A stretch of DNA of 63,904 nucleotides from Lama glama (Eukaryota): contig CM052832.1 of assembly GCA_028534125.1 (NCBI GenBank), positions 8,062,097-8,126,000 on the forward strand. The letters run 5' to 3'. This document shows positions 50,001-61,412 of this stretch, piece after piece (position 1 is the stretch's first letter; each line of letters starts with the position of its first letter). The notes below the pieces were generated by a model. It did not search any database, was not told the origin of the DNA, and saw only the letters and a list, made by a program, of their open reading frames with translations. Position numbers and translations under genes: made by a program.

Positions 50001-53000
50001 TCTGGCCACAGACCCAGGCTTCACTGACCAGCTTCACAACCTTACCCTGATTTCAAGTTGGCAATGGTGGTTCTCCCAAAACTGTAGGCGTTGTTCTCTG
50101 GAGGATGGGAGGAGGGAGTGGACGACAGTGGGGTCAGGGAACACCACCCCCTCCCGCCCCCTCCTCTCCCTGCCCCACCCATCCTGGCCCTCACTGACCC
50201 AGGAGGTCCCCTGAGAAGTTGACAGGCAGCACGATGCCTACGGAGAGGACGCCCACGACCACCAGCAGCCCAATGATGTGCCGCTGGAAGGACAGGTAGT
50301 GCACAGCATCGCCCCCACATTTGTCCCGGATCTCGTCATCCCTGCAGGTGCCGGGGGACAGAGGGATGAGGGGAGGACCAGGGCGACAGAGAGGCTACAG
50401 CGTGACTGCCCTTTCCTACCCCCCTCCCACATCCGCCCTAGCCCCTGCCAGTCTGGCAGCAGGACGGAGTTGAAAGGGGGGTCACTGGGTCCCCTATTTT
50501 CTGGGAGCGGAGGGAGAAGGAGAGAGAAGGGAAGGGAGAGAAGGGAAGGATGCAGGGAAAAGGGGAGGGAAAGAGAAAGCAGAGGAGGAGGAGAGGGATG
50601 AGAAAGGGGAAGAAAGAAAAAGAAAGAGAGAGAAAAAGAAGACTGCAGAGAGGAAGAGCCCTGAGGACCAGAGAGAAAAGGGAGAAGAGGACGGATCTGA
50701 AAAGGGAAGACAGGATGGTAGCAGGAAGAGGCAGAGGCGGGAGAGAGGAGGGTGATCTGGGAAGTGGTGGTGCCTTATGGGTGCTGGTGAGGCCCCCTGG
50801 ACTTGGGGAGGGGCCCGAGGGGGGCTGGGGGCAGTGGCGGTGCTGACCTGTCCAGGCTTCCTGCCTCTCTCAGGGCTCACTGCCTGCCTGCCGCACTCTG
50901 GCTCCATCTCCTGACTTCTGCCTGCTGGATACTGGCTCCTGCCTGCTGCTGGCTGGCTGCTCCCAGCCTGCCTGTTGCCCCCACCCGCTGGCTGCACGGA
51001 GGCTGTGAGGTGGCAGCACCAGCCTCTGCTCTCATGGGGTGGCAGGGGCAGGGAGAGCTGAGGGCAAAGCAGGCCCCCCAGGCAGGGGGGCACACAGGAG
51101 ACCGTGGGGGTAAGGTGAGGCTGGCCCGGGGGGACAGCAGGGGCTGGACTCCAAGGCTTGGCCTCCTGGAGTAGGGAGGAGGGTGTTGAGCTGGCTAGGA
51201 GTGCTAATGCCCTCAAAGCTGCTGGCCTCTGGTCTTTGTAGGGAGATGACAGGTCTGAAGTTTCTCTTTCTGTTTCTCTCTTTCTTTAGAGCCTGAAGAC
51301 TTTCACTTACTTTATCCTGAAGATGGCTGTCAGCCAGGAACAGAAACCCTGGGGGGACAGAGGGCTATCAGCTGGAGACCCCATCCCACCAACCCCAGCC
51401 TCCCTTCCCCTCAAGCATCCCCTCCACCCCACACCATCTTTATGACCACCGCCAGGCTGTGGCTCACCTGTCACAACTCCCACAGCCCTCGACAGAGACT
51501 AGCTCATCCCCAGACAAGGGGAGGGGAAAGGTGCCAGCCCTCAGAAAAGAAAAAGGACCAAAGCCAAATGGGGTTATCTGCGGGCTCTCATGCCCACAAA
51601 TACCCAGGAGGGCAGCAGAACCTACAGTTGTGTGGGCCAGGGTGGGGATGGGCGGGATTNNNNNNNNNNNNNNNNNNNNNNNNNNNNNNNNNNNNNNNNN
51701 NNNNNNNNNNNNNNNNNNNNNNNNNNNNNNNNNNNNNNNNNNNNNNNNNNNNNNNNNNNNNNNNNNNNNNNNNNNNNNNNNNNNNNNNNNNNNNNNNNNN
51801 NNNNNNNNNNNNNNNNNNNNNNNNNNNNNNNNNNNNNNNNNNNNNNNNNNNNNNNNNNNNNNNNNNNNNNNNNNNNNNNNNNNNNNNNNNNNNNNNNNNN
51901 NNNNNNNNNNNNNNNNNNNNNNNNNNNNNNNNNNNNNNNNNNNNNNNNNNNNNNNNNNNNNNNNNNNNNNNNNNNNNNNNNNNNNNNNNNNNNNNNNNNN
52001 NNNNNNNNNNNNNNNNNNNNNNNNNNNNNNNNNNNNNNNNNNNNNNNNNNNNNNNNNNNNNNNNNNNNNNNNNNNNNNNNNNNNNNNNNNNNNNNNNNNN
52101 NNNNNNNNNNNNNNNNNNNNNNNNNNNNNNNNNNNNNNNNNNNNNNNNNNNNNNNNNNNGGATGTTAGGCTCAGGCTGGTTTGGAGGCTGCCGTGGAAGA
52201 CAAAGCTGGGAGTTCTGGGTCTGGAGGGCAGCCCTGTGGGTCTTGGATGAGCATCAACCTTGCTGAGAAGGCCACTCTCCGTAGGTCCCTGACTCTGTAT
52301 CACTGGAAGCTGGAGGCTGCTGAGCCCCCCTCCCCTGGAGGAGGGGGTGCTAAGAATTCTAGGGAGGGGGGCACTCACATTGTCTCTTTGGTCAAAGTCG
52401 ACGGAGCTGGAGACAGACGTGAGACGCTCATATCGGTCATGACTGTCCCCGTGCATAGCTGAAGCCACACTGGGGGTGGGGGAGGATGAGAGATCAGAGA
52501 GCCTGGTGAGTCTAAGCCCCTGGGGAGCAGGGTGAAGTGGGTGGGCTCCCACTCCAGAGCTCCAGGGGCCAGACAAGGCACAAAAAGCACAGAGGCGAAA
52601 GCAGGGCGGAGGGTGGGGAGGTTGTGACTGCCTTCTCCCTGCCTCCCTTAAATCCACCCCTTCCCTTCAGGGGACCCGGTGGACCTAGGAGGCACTGATG
52701 CCGGGCAGTGGGCGAAGGGAGGGGGAAGTCTTCATCATCACCCAGTGGAGGTTGAAGAATGTGAGCTGGCCCTGCAGTTCCGGAGCTGACCAGCAGGGGA
52801 TGGGGGGACAGAGCCAACACAGGGCAATGGGGGGATGGAGGACAGGCTGGACCAGGAGAGCCCCAGAGGGCGGGGGCTGAGGGGAGCTGGGGGATGTCCC
52901 CAACCCTCCCTCTTCCTCCACCCCAGCAGCTGTTGCAGCTCCAACGCCAGTCCTATAGACAGAGATGGTGACAGGACACAGAGGGCCAGACTGAGGCTTC

Positions 53001-54220
53001 TCTGGCAGCCCCCCTCCCAGGCCTCCAGAGGGGGTGAGCAGAGAACCCTGGAATATGAAGAACTAGCTGTTAGTGGGCGGGAAGCCACTGGAGACACCCA
53101 GTCTTGTCTCTGCGACCAACAGGGTGACTGTTCTGTGGGTTGGATGGTTCCTCCACCCTAGCCAGCCACGGCCATGAAGGCTGGCGTGCTGGGCACTTGG
53201 GGACAGACTTCTCCCAGGCAGAGCCCAAGGGAGAGACTGGGGAGTGAGGCAGAGACAAGCTGGGGAGCCCCCAGCTCTGCAAAGCACACCACCTGCGTTA
53301 ATCCAAACATGAGCCTGCAGAGGAGAAAACCGAAAAGAGAAACCAGCAACGTGGCAGGAAGAGAAGGAAAGCATGAAAGAGAAGAAAAGAGAAAGCTGGT
53401 TTAGTAGGGTGAGGGGGCTGCTGCCCCACATACTATTCCTGTTCCACTCGGTCCCTCTCCTGCCGCCGGTGCCTGGGGACAGAGAACAGACAGGGTTAGC
53501 GGGGGCGTGGAGGTCCCTGGGAGCTGGCAAAGGACAAAGGCCCAGCTGCAGGCCCTCTGCGTCCCGTGCCCACTCTGGGACTGGTCCCTCTCATCCCCCC
53601 ACCAAAGTAAGGATGCAAGAAAGCTGGCTGTCTCCAATCTGTGTGTGCGGGTATGAGTGTGTGCGCCTGTGTGTAGGGGTAGGGGTGGGTCCCAGGGCTT
53701 TACCTGTCTGCATCTGTCACCAAGGCCAGCCGCCCGTAGTCCCAAGCCACCTTACGGAGGATGGAGAACAAGAACAGCAGTGCCTGAGGAAGGAGGGGGT
53801 GGTTGGCAGGAGGAGAGGCTGCCCACCCACTGGACTAGTCAGGAGGGCAGGGCAGAGGGGCAGGATTCTTGGCTTAGAAGGGGAGGACCCTGGCTTGGGT
53901 GAATGGTCAGAGGCTAGGCTTGGGCTGGGTGAGGGGCATCCCTCCTGCAGTCAAGCCTGGGGAGTCAGAAGCAGGTGGGAGAGTGGTTAGAGCTGACGGT
54001 GTTGGCCAGCTATGTACAGGATGTGGGTGCCAAGGATGGAGGGTAGCATGTGGGCACTCACAAGGAAGCACATGAAGTCCAGAGCCAGCACAGTGGGGAC
54101 GCCCCCAAACGGCAGGCCCTGCAGGACGGTGCTGCGGATGCGGGCACTGTAGCAGTAGTCCTTGGGGTTGCTGTTGTTGAGGGCCGTGGTGCCCAGTGTG
54201 GCCAGCAGGAAGGGCAGCAT
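38009..54220 (-). CDS. TMEM63B: TMEM63B (CSC1-like protein 2, OSCA/TMEM63 mechano- and osmosensitive channel), 23 coding exons, 2493 nt, 830 aa
   Basis: Exons traced with consistent phase: 54220-54062, 53783-53704, 53472-53434, 52469-52379, 51348-51311, 50341-50199, 50097-50046, 49580-49472, 48955-48885, 46066-45986, 45525-45402, 44490-44357, 44277-44140, 43994-43841, 42874-42768, 42551-42465, 42256-42191, 41069-40907, 40315-40210, 39212-39045, 38814-38699, 38561-38481, 38194-38009. Starts [23 protein letters not shown], ends SLIENEIHQ*. Confidence 0.97.
39851..39892. repeat. (GT)n microsatellite
   Basis: Seen directly. Confidence 0.9.
40183..40300 (-). other. TMEM63B: A-to-I Q/R editing site (Q619 codon CAG, A at 40296) and intronic editing-complementary sequence
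   Basis: Codon count places Q619 in exon 20. Complementary sequence lies at the start of intron 20. ADAR2 editing of this site is known in mouse brain. Confidence 0.75.
40879..40892 (+). promoter_or_regulatory. CTCF motif
   Basis: CCACCAGGGGGCGC, a consensus core. Confidence 0.7.
44745..45005 (-). mobile_element. LINE-1 3' end
   Basis: tatagttggtttacaatgttg...gatattgaatgtagttccctgtg...tttggtaaccataggtttgttttctat. Confidence 0.8.
47420..47690 (+). mobile_element. LINE-2 3' fragment
   Basis: cccactagaatgtaagc...gagggcaggg...ggcacacagcaggtactcaa. Confidence 0.65.
51660..52159. other. Assembly gap (500 N) in TMEM63B intron 5
   Basis: Run of N. Flanking exon phases match, so no coding exon is required inside it. 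Confidence 1.
53434..53472 (-). CDS. TMEM63B: TMEM63B 39-nt alternatively spliced exon 4 ([14 protein letters not shown])
   Basis: ccccag|G CAC CGG CGG...GAA TA|gtatgt. Symmetric phase-2 cassette with RXR motifs. Confidence 0.9.
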
Positions 54221-54225
54221 GGCTG

Positions 54226-54237
54226 CTACTGCCGCAT
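54226..54237 (-). other. Minimal uORF (M-R-Q-stop) in the TMEM63B 5'UTR
   Basis: gaggaccATGCGGCAGTAGcagccATG; exon 2 starts at 54244. Confidence 0.7.
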
Positions 54238-57142
54238 GGTCCTCCTGGGCAGAGGACAGAGTGGTCAGCTGGGCTCAGCCCCTGTCCCCTCAGGGTTCTG
54301 CTCATGGCTCTGGCAGGGTAGGTGTGGGGAGGGGACAGTGAGGGCAGATCCCTGGGCTGCTTGGGTGAGTGGAAGCTCTGGGCTCTGAGATAAGGGCCTG
54401 AGGAGGGGAGGGTTGAGTCACATGGATTTACCTTTACTGGCTCTTGGGCTGCAACCTCACCCTGGGTCTGGGGAACTTGGCCCAGATCTGGACTGGGGAG
54501 ACTGGTTTTTCTAAGCTGGAAGTTGTCTGTGAGTCTCTTAACATTCACTTTCCACCACCTCCATATGCACAAATTCTCCAAACAGACTCTGCCTCTGTCT
54601 CCGTCTGCCTGTCTTAGGCAGGGGGCAGAGCTGAACTTGAGGGAAGATAAGGAGAGGTCTCGGGTCTGAGGATCCAAGGCTAAGTGGAGTGGCTCCAGGC
54701 CAGGGGTGGATGGGTCAAGAGCCAGTTACCTCATCCTGATCTTCTCTTTCTACCCCTGTTAGAAAAATGGCATAGTTCCAGTTGCTCAGTTTTCAACTCT
54801 GTTAATTATCTTGCCAATATAATTGGTTTCAAAATAAAATGTTCAGCTTTAGACTTGTCCCTCTGTCCTCAGAGTAGGGATCTGAGGAAGGATTCAGAGT
54901 GGGAGGTTGGTTAAAAAGCAGGACTTCTGGGTTTGTGTTACCTGCCTCGCTCACTCCAGCCCCTCCTCTTTACTCTTCCTGGGCCATGGCAGCAGCTACA
55001 CCTTTTTCCCCTCCAGCTCCCTCACCTCTTTCCAGCTGTCTCAGCACGGGAGTGGTGTGAGGACTACAACTCCCAGAGTGCTCTGCTCCTACCTCTGGAG
55101 CAGGGCAGGCTGGGAATGCTGTGCCCTGTAGCGAGCCTTTCCATTGGCAAAGGAAGGGAGAGTGGGCGGGGGCCTTTTAGCCGGCCCAAGCCCCCTGCAG
55201 CCAGGGAAGTGCCCTGCGGCCTTGTTCCCTGCCACAGCCAGACTGTCCAGCCCTCCAACGGTCTTGGTGGATGGGTAAGGATGAAAGGGGCAGCCAGCTG
55301 GGATGCCTGTGTTCTGGAAACGCCTGGGGATCGAGATGAGCAGGGCTCTAGGGAGGCTCCCAGGGCGGAGAAGTGTGGCCACGACATTGCTGCCCCACCC
55401 CCATTCGACTGGAGGGCCCCTGGGGGCCCCTTCAGCTGACAACACTGAAGCTCTGCCGGAGGGGCGGGGGTTGTTCTCCAGGGAAGAAAGGAAACCAGAC
55501 AAAGAGAGAGAACAACAAACCAAGAATCGGTGACTGCAACTGGGAGCTAGAGTCCCCCAGCCCCGGGGGGCAGCTCGGAGGATTTCTCCTGCCCACCAAT
55601 CCCTGATTTCCCCCCAGCCTCTTCCCAACATTTCAACTGCAGGCCAAGAAGTACCAGCTCTCAGATGGAGGGGGAAGCTGGGGTTGTTTGTGTGTTTCAC
55701 TTGGTCCTAGGGAGTCTGAAAAGCCTGGGTTAAGGAGGCTAAGGGAGTAACTGCCCTGTTATGCCTCCCTCTTCCTTTTCCAGCCCAAGTTGCCTTAAAA
55801 AAACAAACAAACAAACAAACCAAAAATACCCATTAACTTAGTAATTGTAGCAGGCACCATTTATGGAGTGCCCACTGTTTCAAGAATACAGACATTTTTC
55901 ATTTAATCATCGACACTCCTGAGTTGGACATCATTGCCATTTTAAGATAAGGGGACAGGGCTGAGAAGTTAAATAACTTTCCCAAAGTCACACTGCTCAT
56001 AAAATGATGGACCCAGGGTTTAAACTTAGGTCAACTTCTTTCTAAAGCTAGAACACGTTTCAGGACACCTTGATGCTTTTCTGATGTGCGTAGAACAGGA
56101 CTCTGCAGACCACGGAAGCTTCATAACTGCTCCTTACGTGTTCTCTGGCTAGAGAATCCCAGAGCACTGTGAGAATGTGTGTTTAGATGTGTAAACTTGT
56201 GTTGATCTATGTATGTGTGTGTATGTGGGTGTGTCTGGGAGGCTGAGTATATAAACATAAGGTGCACCAGGAGAGGTTAAAGTTAGGTATAGGTATCTTG
56301 GGGCTGTAGTAGTTGGGGTGCCTCTACATTACTCCCCCACCATTAACTCCTAACTTCAACACACTCCAGAGATCGATTTAGCCCATACCCACTCCTTGCC
56401 TGTTTCTCTCTGAAACTCCAAGACTCCACCAGGCCAGAATATAATGGGTACAAACCCCTGGAGCAGCACCCCTCCCCCTATTCTATCCTCTCCACTCTGA
56501 GGAAGGTGGAACATTCTGGGTGCTCTTACGTTAAGGGAACCTGGCAGGGTGGGTGAGGGTCCAGGTACATGCTTAGTAACTGAAATCACCATGTCTGTCT
56601 GCTGCCCCGTCTTTACAGTCACAAAGCACTCTCCTCTCCACAACTGCATTGCTCTTCCCACCTCCCCCGTGAGGAAGGCTGGACACACTCCCCATTTTAC
56701 AGGGGAGGAAGCAGGGACCCAGGAAGGAGAAGCTACTCAATGGAGGTCACAGGGCAGGAAAGGGTGGAGCCAGGGCCGGTGGCTCTGCTTGCTGACAGGG
56801 TTACTCCAAGCTCTTAATTGTGGGGGCGGGGCTGCTGGGCTGAATTTCACCCAGGGCAGCTGCTCTCAAAGCCTTCACTGAGAGCAGCTGAGAGAAGAGA
56901 CACTGAGGAAGAATATTTGGGGTAGGAGTGTGTGTGTGGGGGGTGCAGTTCATCCACTCCAGACGATTGGTTGCCTGAGTCAGCAGTATCCCAGAATTTC
57001 TCTAGTCTGACACTGAGGCTTTAGCTGGAAGTGTGTAGAGAGTGATGGAGGATTTTATTTCTAGCTAACTGAAGGTAATTTTACCACCAAGAAGTATGTG
57101 CATGGTCAGGGGTGGGGAGCTATAAGTTAAAAGTTTTTTCAG

Positions 57143-57237
57143 AGGGAGGGTATAGGGTATAGCTCAAATGGTAGAGTGCATGCTTAGCATGCACAGGCCC
57201 TGGGTTCAATTCCCAGTACCTCCATTTGAAAAAAAAA
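57143..57237 (+). mobile_element. tRNA-derived SINE (Vic-1-like)
   Basis: gggtatagctcaaatggtagagtgcatgcttagcatgcacaggccctgggttcaattcccagtacctcc plus poly(A). Flanked by a likely target-site duplication aaaagttttt(t)c. Confidence 0.85.
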
Positions 57238-57469
57238 GTTTTTCCATACAGAGTTACTTGGGAAGATTTAATTTAGGGCTTGAAATCATAGAAAGGCAGT
57301 GTCATCTGACTGGAGGAGATGAAGATGGAGGCTAGCTCTGCTACTATGTAACCTGGGCCTCAGTCTTGCAATCTGTAACAAAGAGATATTAGTATCCTTG
57401 GTCTACTCCTACCAACTTCAGAGATAAGGGAAAAAACATATCAACAAATGAGGATAAAAGTAGGAAAAG

Positions 57470-58050
57470 AACGCATTTATCAAATACCTGTTTAACTCGT
57501 ATTCTGAGTGCTTTACAAATATTATCTCCTTTACTTCCCATCACAACCCTAGGAGGACACTGAGGTACAGAGAGGGTACAGAACTTGCCTAATGCCACAC
57601 AGCTAGTCTGTGATAGATCTGGACATAGACCAAGGCAACCTGACTCAAGTATGCTTTTAACCACCGCATGTTGTGACCTCAGTCAACAGAGGAGCCACTT
57701 CCACCAGGAAGCTGGGGGTTGCCAGCTATAGCTCTGGAGAAATGCCACACCCTATCTCTACCTGTTTGCCGTCCCTCTTGCTTATAGCTCCCAGACCTTC
57801 CACTCAGGCACTGGGCTGGTGATTTCAGGTTCTGAGGCAGGGATAGGGGACAGGCAACAGAGCCTGATGGCTAAGAGCACAGGCTCCAGGATGAGGCACA
57901 TTACCTCAGCACCTTGGGCCTCGGTTCCTTCATCTGTAAATGGGGATAATAATTCAGTCGTGTGGTTGTCTTGAAGATTAAACAAGATGACTTATGTAAA
58001 GCTCTTTATACAGTTCAAGGCACAGATTAATTATAAAACAATAGCTACTG
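57470..58050. mobile_element. Two MIR SINEs in opposite orientation (- about 57470-57665; + about 57870-58050)
   Basis: MIR core: cctcggttccttcatctgtaaatggggataataat, and actgaggtacagagagg...cacacagctagt. Other MIRs near 3300, 10640, 22950, 43150, 44650, 55950 and 58440. Confidence 0.7.
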
Positions 58051-59847
58051 CTATCAATAAAATATGGAACAAAAAGGGTTGATTTGTGGAGCATAACTGG
58101 TAAAAATCAAAATAAAAGAAAATATAGAATTTAATATGCTAGACTCCCTTTGTCTAGGTGGGCTTCTTGTCTAGACCTAAGGGCTTTTATTGCATTTGGG
58201 ACTCTGCTACTGAGTGCAGGTAATGTTTCCAAACTCTTCAAACAAACTGATCCATCTGTGTCAGGCTGGGAGGTAGGGGCGTGGGAGGGTGATGCTCTGC
58301 CAGGATGGGCCAGAAGTTCAGAGAAGAGAACTTGCTATGATCAACTACCAGGCAGGGTGCCAGGCTCTTTACCTGTGCTAATCTAGTTTGATTCCTATGA
58401 TTAATCTTGTAAGGAGGTGGTAGTACACAAACTTTTTAATTGAAACTAAGGTTCAGAGAGGTTAAGTAACTTGTCAAGGTCACACACCTAAAGAATGGCA
58501 GAGCTGAATTTAATCCAGGTCTCCAAGACTGTTAAAATTGGAGGAAACTTGTAGGATGTCCAAAAGGGAGTTCTTAGCTGCTCACCACTGCCTTCTGCCT
58601 TGCCACATCCCTACCCACGCACCCATAGGCCAAGACTCAGTTGGGTGAGCCAACAGCAGGCCCTAGCATGTGCCACCTGGGGCATGCCAGGGCCTGGACC
58701 TTCTGGTACCCTGGAGGACAGTCATGCTGTCACCCCCCCCCCCAGCCTAGGAGATACTGCCACTCCCCTCCTCACATGTGCCTAGGAGGCAGGACTCAGG
58801 GTCCCTCCTGAGGAGGGGCTGGGCACAGCCTCACTCTTCTTGGGCTGCTGCAGACCCAAGGGGAGGCTAGAGAGTGGTACTGGGTACAGAAGTCCTGACC
58901 CTCCGTGTGTGCGCCCCTCGCCTTTCCCCCTCCAGGGAAGTGGAGTGCTGAGGGGCCAGACCTCCACTCAGGGGACCCAGGCAGGTGGCAGCACAGAGCC
59001 CCAAGGGCAGCCGGCCTCTCTGACCTCTCCTCTCCACTTCCCAAGCGTCCTTCTCTTCTGGGAAACAAGGCGCCAAAGCTCCCTAGGTGGTCAAGAAGGC
59101 CAAGAGGGACAAAGCGCGCCGCCTCCCTTCAATGGGGCCTTTGCCCCACTCCGGTTCCGCGTCCGAATCCTTTGCCCACCGCACCCTCCTACACAGGCCC
59201 CGGCGGTTCATGAATGAACTGCACTGTGTGGGGCGCAAGGAAAGGACGCTTTCGGGGCCAGTCGCCTCCCCAGTCCTCCGACCAGTCGCCAGAGTGGCTG
59301 GGGACAGCGGCCGGCCTCTCGCCAGCTCTCGCAAACCCTGTCCTTGCCCAAGCCGGAACCCCTGCCCTGGGTCGGCTACTCGGCCCCCGGAACAGGAGAA
59401 AAGATAAAAGACACCGAGGGCATTGGACTTGGCAACCCTGGAATCCAAAACTCGGGGACGGGGGCGGCAGATTCCCCACAGCGGCGGCGGGCTGATGGGG
59501 CGCAGCTGGAACCGCGGAGGGGCGCGGAGGGGCGCGGAGGGGACGCGCACCTGGACCCGGCAGGTGGGAGAAGAACGGCGCTACAAGGCCGGGGGCGGAG
59601 ATCCCACCCCTCGGGATCTCTCCAAGGGTGGGGACAGAGGGCGGTGCACATCTGGACCCATGGCAGGGGTCGGAGGACTCATATTATAGACTCAGGATCG
59701 TGCGGGGTTGGGGGCAGCGCGCGGCACCACTGGGTCCCGCAGGAGGTTGAAGGGAGGGGACGCGCAGCTGAGTCCGGGGTTTTTCTTAGGGTGGCGGTAG
59801 GCTCCTCAAAGAAAAGACAGGGGGCTGGGTAAGGGTCGCGTACTCAC

Positions 59848-59990
59848 CCCCAGGCGCAGACTCGGCTCCGGCTCGGAGCCCCAGGTTGGGGCGGGGCGGG
59901 GCTGGGGGAGGGGGAGGTGGAGTCGCTGGGCGGCTCGAGCTCCGGGCTCCTGCGGCGGCCCGGGCAGTGTCGGGGGAGGGGGAGGGGAGG
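59848..59990 (-). other. TMEM63B: TMEM63B non-coding exon 1 (5' end approximate)
   Basis: Strong donor ggg|gtgagt at 59847 inside the CpG island. Confidence 0.7.
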
Positions 59991-60029
59991 AGGCAGGGGG
60001 AGGAGGGGCGGGGCCTCACAGGTCCCACC

Positions 60030-60100
60030 TACCTCACGCAAGGCGCGCGCGCACTCTCGGATCGCCGCCCGTCCCGCTGGGCCCAGCGCGCAGGCGCAGA
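60030..60100 (+). other. MRPL14: Probable MRPL14 non-coding exon 1; coding exons not found in the window
   Basis: Donor aga|gtgaga at 60101. Identity inferred from the human head-to-head MRPL14/TMEM63B arrangement. Confidence 0.5.
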
Positions 60101-61189
60101 GTGAGAGACCGCGTGGGGGGGAAGGCGGCTCAGTGGGGCCCGCGGCGGGATATTCCAGGGCGGCGAAGGCGGTACGGAGTTGGGGAGGAGGGGACGTCAC
60201 GCTCCTAACTCTGTGCTTCCCGGTTCCCTTTCTTCCCCGCAGTAGGGAAGGCGCAATCCCCTGGCGGGTGAGGAAGGGCCGGAGCGGGAGGATCGTGGGC
60301 CCTCTTGGGGCGGAGGGGCGGCGGGAGGGGTCCCGATGGGGTTGGAAGCCTCAGACCCGGACCCTCCTCCCTGTTCCCTTGGCCTCTGCACCCCCGCGTC
60401 CCCGGCCCGCGCTCACCTGCTTTCCCGGGGAAGGGGCAGGCTGCCGTCAGGCCTCGCGAGGTGGCCTGGTCGATCACTCTGTTGCGGCTCCTCGGGTTTG
60501 TCTACTTCTCTCTTTCCTTTCCCAGCCTGGGTCTTGAGATGACTTTGTGACTTGTTTGCCAGGCGCTTGTGTGGTGTGGAGAGTGACTCCACTGCTTTCA
60601 CTGTCACGCCGATGAGTAGCTCCCCCGGCTCCAGGGGGTTCCCTGGTTTCTCATTTCACCAGAGGCTGCATCTGCCGGGGATTAAGACTGGAAAGATGAG
60701 AGAGAGGGACAGAGAAAGGAGAGAGAGGGAGACACGTGTGTGTTTGTGGGTCTGCTGCCTGTGTGTGTGCATGCTTCCACAAAATAGATCACCAAGACAA
60801 ACGGACTATCTACTTGTTCATTTAATTTTGGGTTCCTGGAAAGCTCTCTTCAGGCTTGAAGGGGGATGATCTGGGGACAGAAAGGAACTATTCACTGTAG
60901 GCAGTAAATGCGCTTTGCCACCCTAAGAGATTGAATGGACTGAATTTATAAAGAGGTTAACAAAAGAGCATATGACAGAGTCACCTTGGGTTACTTGGGA
61001 AGAGCTAGAAGGTTGGGAGATAACTTGAACCTGGGCTGCTGGACAGAGGAAGGGCACTGCTTACCTGCATGTGTCTGGTTCTTGTGGTTGGTCAGTGTCT
61101 CTGCTGTTTGCTGGCTTTTTCAAGACAATTAGCTTGTGGAATGCAACTGTAAGGTTCTGATGCAGTTCAAACTGAATTCCCATTCAAAT

Positions 61190-61412
61190 TGACTACCATT
61201 GGTTAGTTGGAAATCAGTTTAGTGGATCATGGCTATCATTTAAGAAAAAAATGAAGCAGAATAGAAAATATCAGAGTGCATTGTACTTAGTAAGGGTAAG
61301 TATTATTTCTTGACACTTGCTTCAGCTATACACACGTGTGAGTGTGTGTGAGCATATTAGGAGGTATTATGCAATGTGTTTCTGTGTGTCACAGAAAAGT
61401 TTGAGACACGCG
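61190..61412. mobile_element. DNA transposon remnant (hAT-like MER)
   Basis: gaaatcagtttagtggatcatgg...gaaaatatcagagtgcattg...taagggtaagtatt...aaagtttgagacac. Family uncertain. Confidence 0.45.

Larger units (their letters stand above)
59100..60500. promoter_or_regulatory. CpG island; bidirectional TMEM63B/MRPL14 promoter
   Basis: Dense CpG, GC boxes, NRF1-like GCGCAGGCGCA at about 60088-60098, CRE-like gacgtca at about 60193. Confidence 0.85.

Noticed and set aside
51442..52657. Long ORFs spanning the second N-run
   Set aside because: Gap artefacts; only TMEM63B exon 5 is real coding sequence here.
57143..57225. tRNA-Ala-like gene
   Set aside because: Degenerate, with a poly(A) tail and dispersed copies; it is a SINE.
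59513..59542. (CGCGGAGGGG)x3 direct repeat
   Set aside because: Short slippage repeat with no spacers; no CRISPR-like or other structured array.
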